A stretch of DNA of 64,000 bases from an uncultured Cytophagia bacterium (lineage in GTDB: Bacteria; Zhuqueibacterota; Zhuqueibacteria; Thermofontimicrobiales; Thiofontviventaceae), in NCBI GenBank assembly GCA_964498785.1, contig CAZCJL010000008.1, forward strand, positions 33,032 to 97,031. Direction: 5' to 3'. Shown here piece after piece: positions 62,415 through 64,000 of the stretch (within the stretch, counting starts at the first letter, position 1; the number at the start of each line of letters is the position of its first letter). The position numbers and the translations under genes were made by a program. The notes beneath the pieces are model-generated. The model did no database searches. It worked only from the letters and a program-made list of their open reading frames with translations, and was not told where the DNA came from.

Positions 62415-62469
62415 AGTTCGTGGACAGGCTCTTTACAGATTTCACGAGCTACACCTGCGAAGGATTGCG

Positions 62470-63999
62470 CTAAAACGCTCCTGTCACCCCAACGGTAAAA
62501 TTCCTGATCTCGCCCATGGTGCGTTCAATTTGTGTGTAGTAATAATCAAACGCGTTGTTCACTGCAAGCTGAAAATCGACATTTCCCAGATGATAGATCA
62601 GCCTGAAATTCCAGACCTTTTGGGGAACCCGTTCATCATAGTAATATAATTTCACGTTTTCAATCCGGCTCGCGTATCGATAATCTGCATGAAATTCCCA
62701 CGATCCGTAGCGAATAAACGGATTGATAAATGCAATCACTTTCGGGCGATATGTTAATGGTTCATTTAATGTCAAATCTTCATGATGCATCAAAGTCGCC
62801 GTGGCTTTCAGGCCAAGCCGATTACGCCACCATATCCCGGAGGTTGTCAATTCAACCCCCTGAATACGGGCTTGTTGCAAATTCTGAAAACGGACGCTCA
62901 CCTGAATATCTTTTGCAAAGTCGATCTGACTTTGCCGCAAATCGATTTCAATCAGATTATCAAAATCATTACGAAACGCTCCCAGTTCCACAAACCAGTT
63001 CCGGGTCATATACTGCCGCCAGCCAATATCATACGACCAACTACTTTCGGCCTGCAAATCGGGATTCGATTCAACCACCACGCTGTTACTTCTGAAATCC
63101 AGATAGCGCTCAGCAATAGTAGCCGCACGAAATCCACTTCCGGCGGACGCACGTAAAATTGTGCTTTCAAACGGCTGATAATTAATCCCCATTCTCGGAC
63201 TTAATAAACTTTGCGCCAATCCATCGATTAATTGGTAGCGGTCATAACGAATCCCCGGAGTGAGCCGTAATTTTTCGTTCAGGCGATACTCTGTTTGTCC
63301 GTACAATCCCACAGTATACCCTTTGTGCTCGCCAAAATATTTGGTATTCCCGGTATCCCACTTGAATTCCACACCATAGGTGATATCGAATTTCTTATGC
63401 GGCAATAAATCTCCCTGAATTTCCGCGCCAAGCCCGTGCGCCGGATTAAAATCCGTGGTTTCAATGAACTGATTGCCCATTAATGTCATTAAATAGGACA
63501 CGCGAAATTTGAGAGCAGCTTTCGGAGAAATAACCCAATTATATTTAGCGTACAAACTTCCCATTCGTATTTTACCGCGACTGCTTCGATTGGCAGGTTT
63601 TACTTCAAACGGTTTTTGGGGATCGTCCCAACCAACAAAAATACCCGCAATATTGTAATTATAGGAACCGTACAGGGTAAATTTTGAACCATTATTAAAA
63701 TTATAAATCAGCTTCCCGGTGGAATTCCAGCGCTGGAAGTCGCCGACTTCGGTATAACCGGTGGAAACATGTCTGCCAACGGAAATCCGAAAACCAACGG
63801 GACCAATGCGACGACTGTGACTGACATCGGCTCTGCTAAATTGCAATGGTGTGTTTGTCCATTTCCATTGCTCATAGCGCGGATCATCATATTCTCCGGC
63901 CATTACCCGCACCATGGTTCGCCCTTCTTCCGAGGGCGATTTCGTGATGATATTGATTACTCCGCCAAGTGCAGCCGTTCCCCATAATGCCGATCCCGC
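62470..63999 (-). CDS. TonB-dependent receptor (5' part beyond window)
   Basis: Frame stays open to the edge: plug motif GSALWGTAALGGVINIITK, SPRMGINY, GSGFRA, NPDLQAE, C-terminal Phe. Confidence 0.92.
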   Translation of the reverse strand, partial: AGSALWGTAALGGVINIITKSPSEEGRTMVRVMAGEYDDPRYEQWKWTNTPLQFSRADVSHSRRIGPVGFRISVGRHVSTGYTEVGDFQRWNSTGKLIYNFNNGSKFTLYGSYNYNIAGIFVGWDDPQKPFEVKPANRSSRGKIRMGSLYAKYNWVISPKAALKFRVSYLMTLMGNQFIETTDFNPAHGLGAEIQGDLLPHKKFDITYGVEFKWDTGNTKYFGEHKGYTVGLYGQTEYRLNEKLRLTPGIRYDRYQLIDGLAQSLLSPRMGINYQPFESTILRASAGSGFRAATIAERYLDFRSNSVVVESNPDLQAESSWSYDIGWRQYMTRNWFVELGAFRNDFDNLIEIDLRQSQIDFAKDIQVSVRFQNLQQARIQGVELTTSGIWWRNRLGLKATATLMHHEDLTLNEPLTYRPKVIAFINPFIRYGSWEFHADYRYASRIENVKLYYYDERVPQKVWNFRLIYHLGNVDFQLAVNNAFDYYYTQIERTMGEIRNFTVGVTGAF

Positions 64000-64000
64000 G

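Overview
AT-rich chromosomal window, mostly encoded on the minus strand. Gene content (PorV-, PorP/SprF- and PorX-like genes, FlgD/CHU_C-type C-terminal domains, bat operon) suggests an FCB-superphylum bacterium, possibly KSB1/Calditrichota-like; this is inference. 1-19.7 kb is an unusual surface locus. It holds a PorV-CARDB-OmpA-FlgD-OmpA fusion that runs off the left edge and is missing from the ORF track, a DUF11/CARDB/VWA secreted protein, and a tight cluster: a 1937-aa adhesin-like protein with 11 Ig repeats and a type-B T9SS CTD, a PorP/SprF-like gene, an ExbB/TolQ fused to Ig domains, two ExbD/TolR paralogs and two unknown genes, with a tonB upstream. 19.7-30.2 kb is an expanded moxR-DUF58-batABCDE operon. 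30.5-42.1 kb is a heat-shock/protease cluster (grpE-dnaJ-degP-fmdB-dnaK-clpB plus a second HtrA with Glu at the catalytic Asp position), with sigma54 + IHF + UAS-like promoters. The rest is mostly housekeeping: STAS-anti-sigma fusion, DUF362/ferredoxin pair, TPR proteins, tRNA-Leu(GAG), secG, tpiA, gap, elbB, crcB with a fluoride riboswitch, a yprB-like gene, radC, the porX-tsaE-tsaB-rimI-accD-surE operon, a REP-like palindrome cluster and a partial TonB-dependent receptor. I saw no CRISPR array, prophage or transposase. All domain calls are from motif recognition by eye, not database searches. The best candidate for an undescribed system is the T9SS-cargo/SprF + ExbB-Ig/ExbD2 motor locus.
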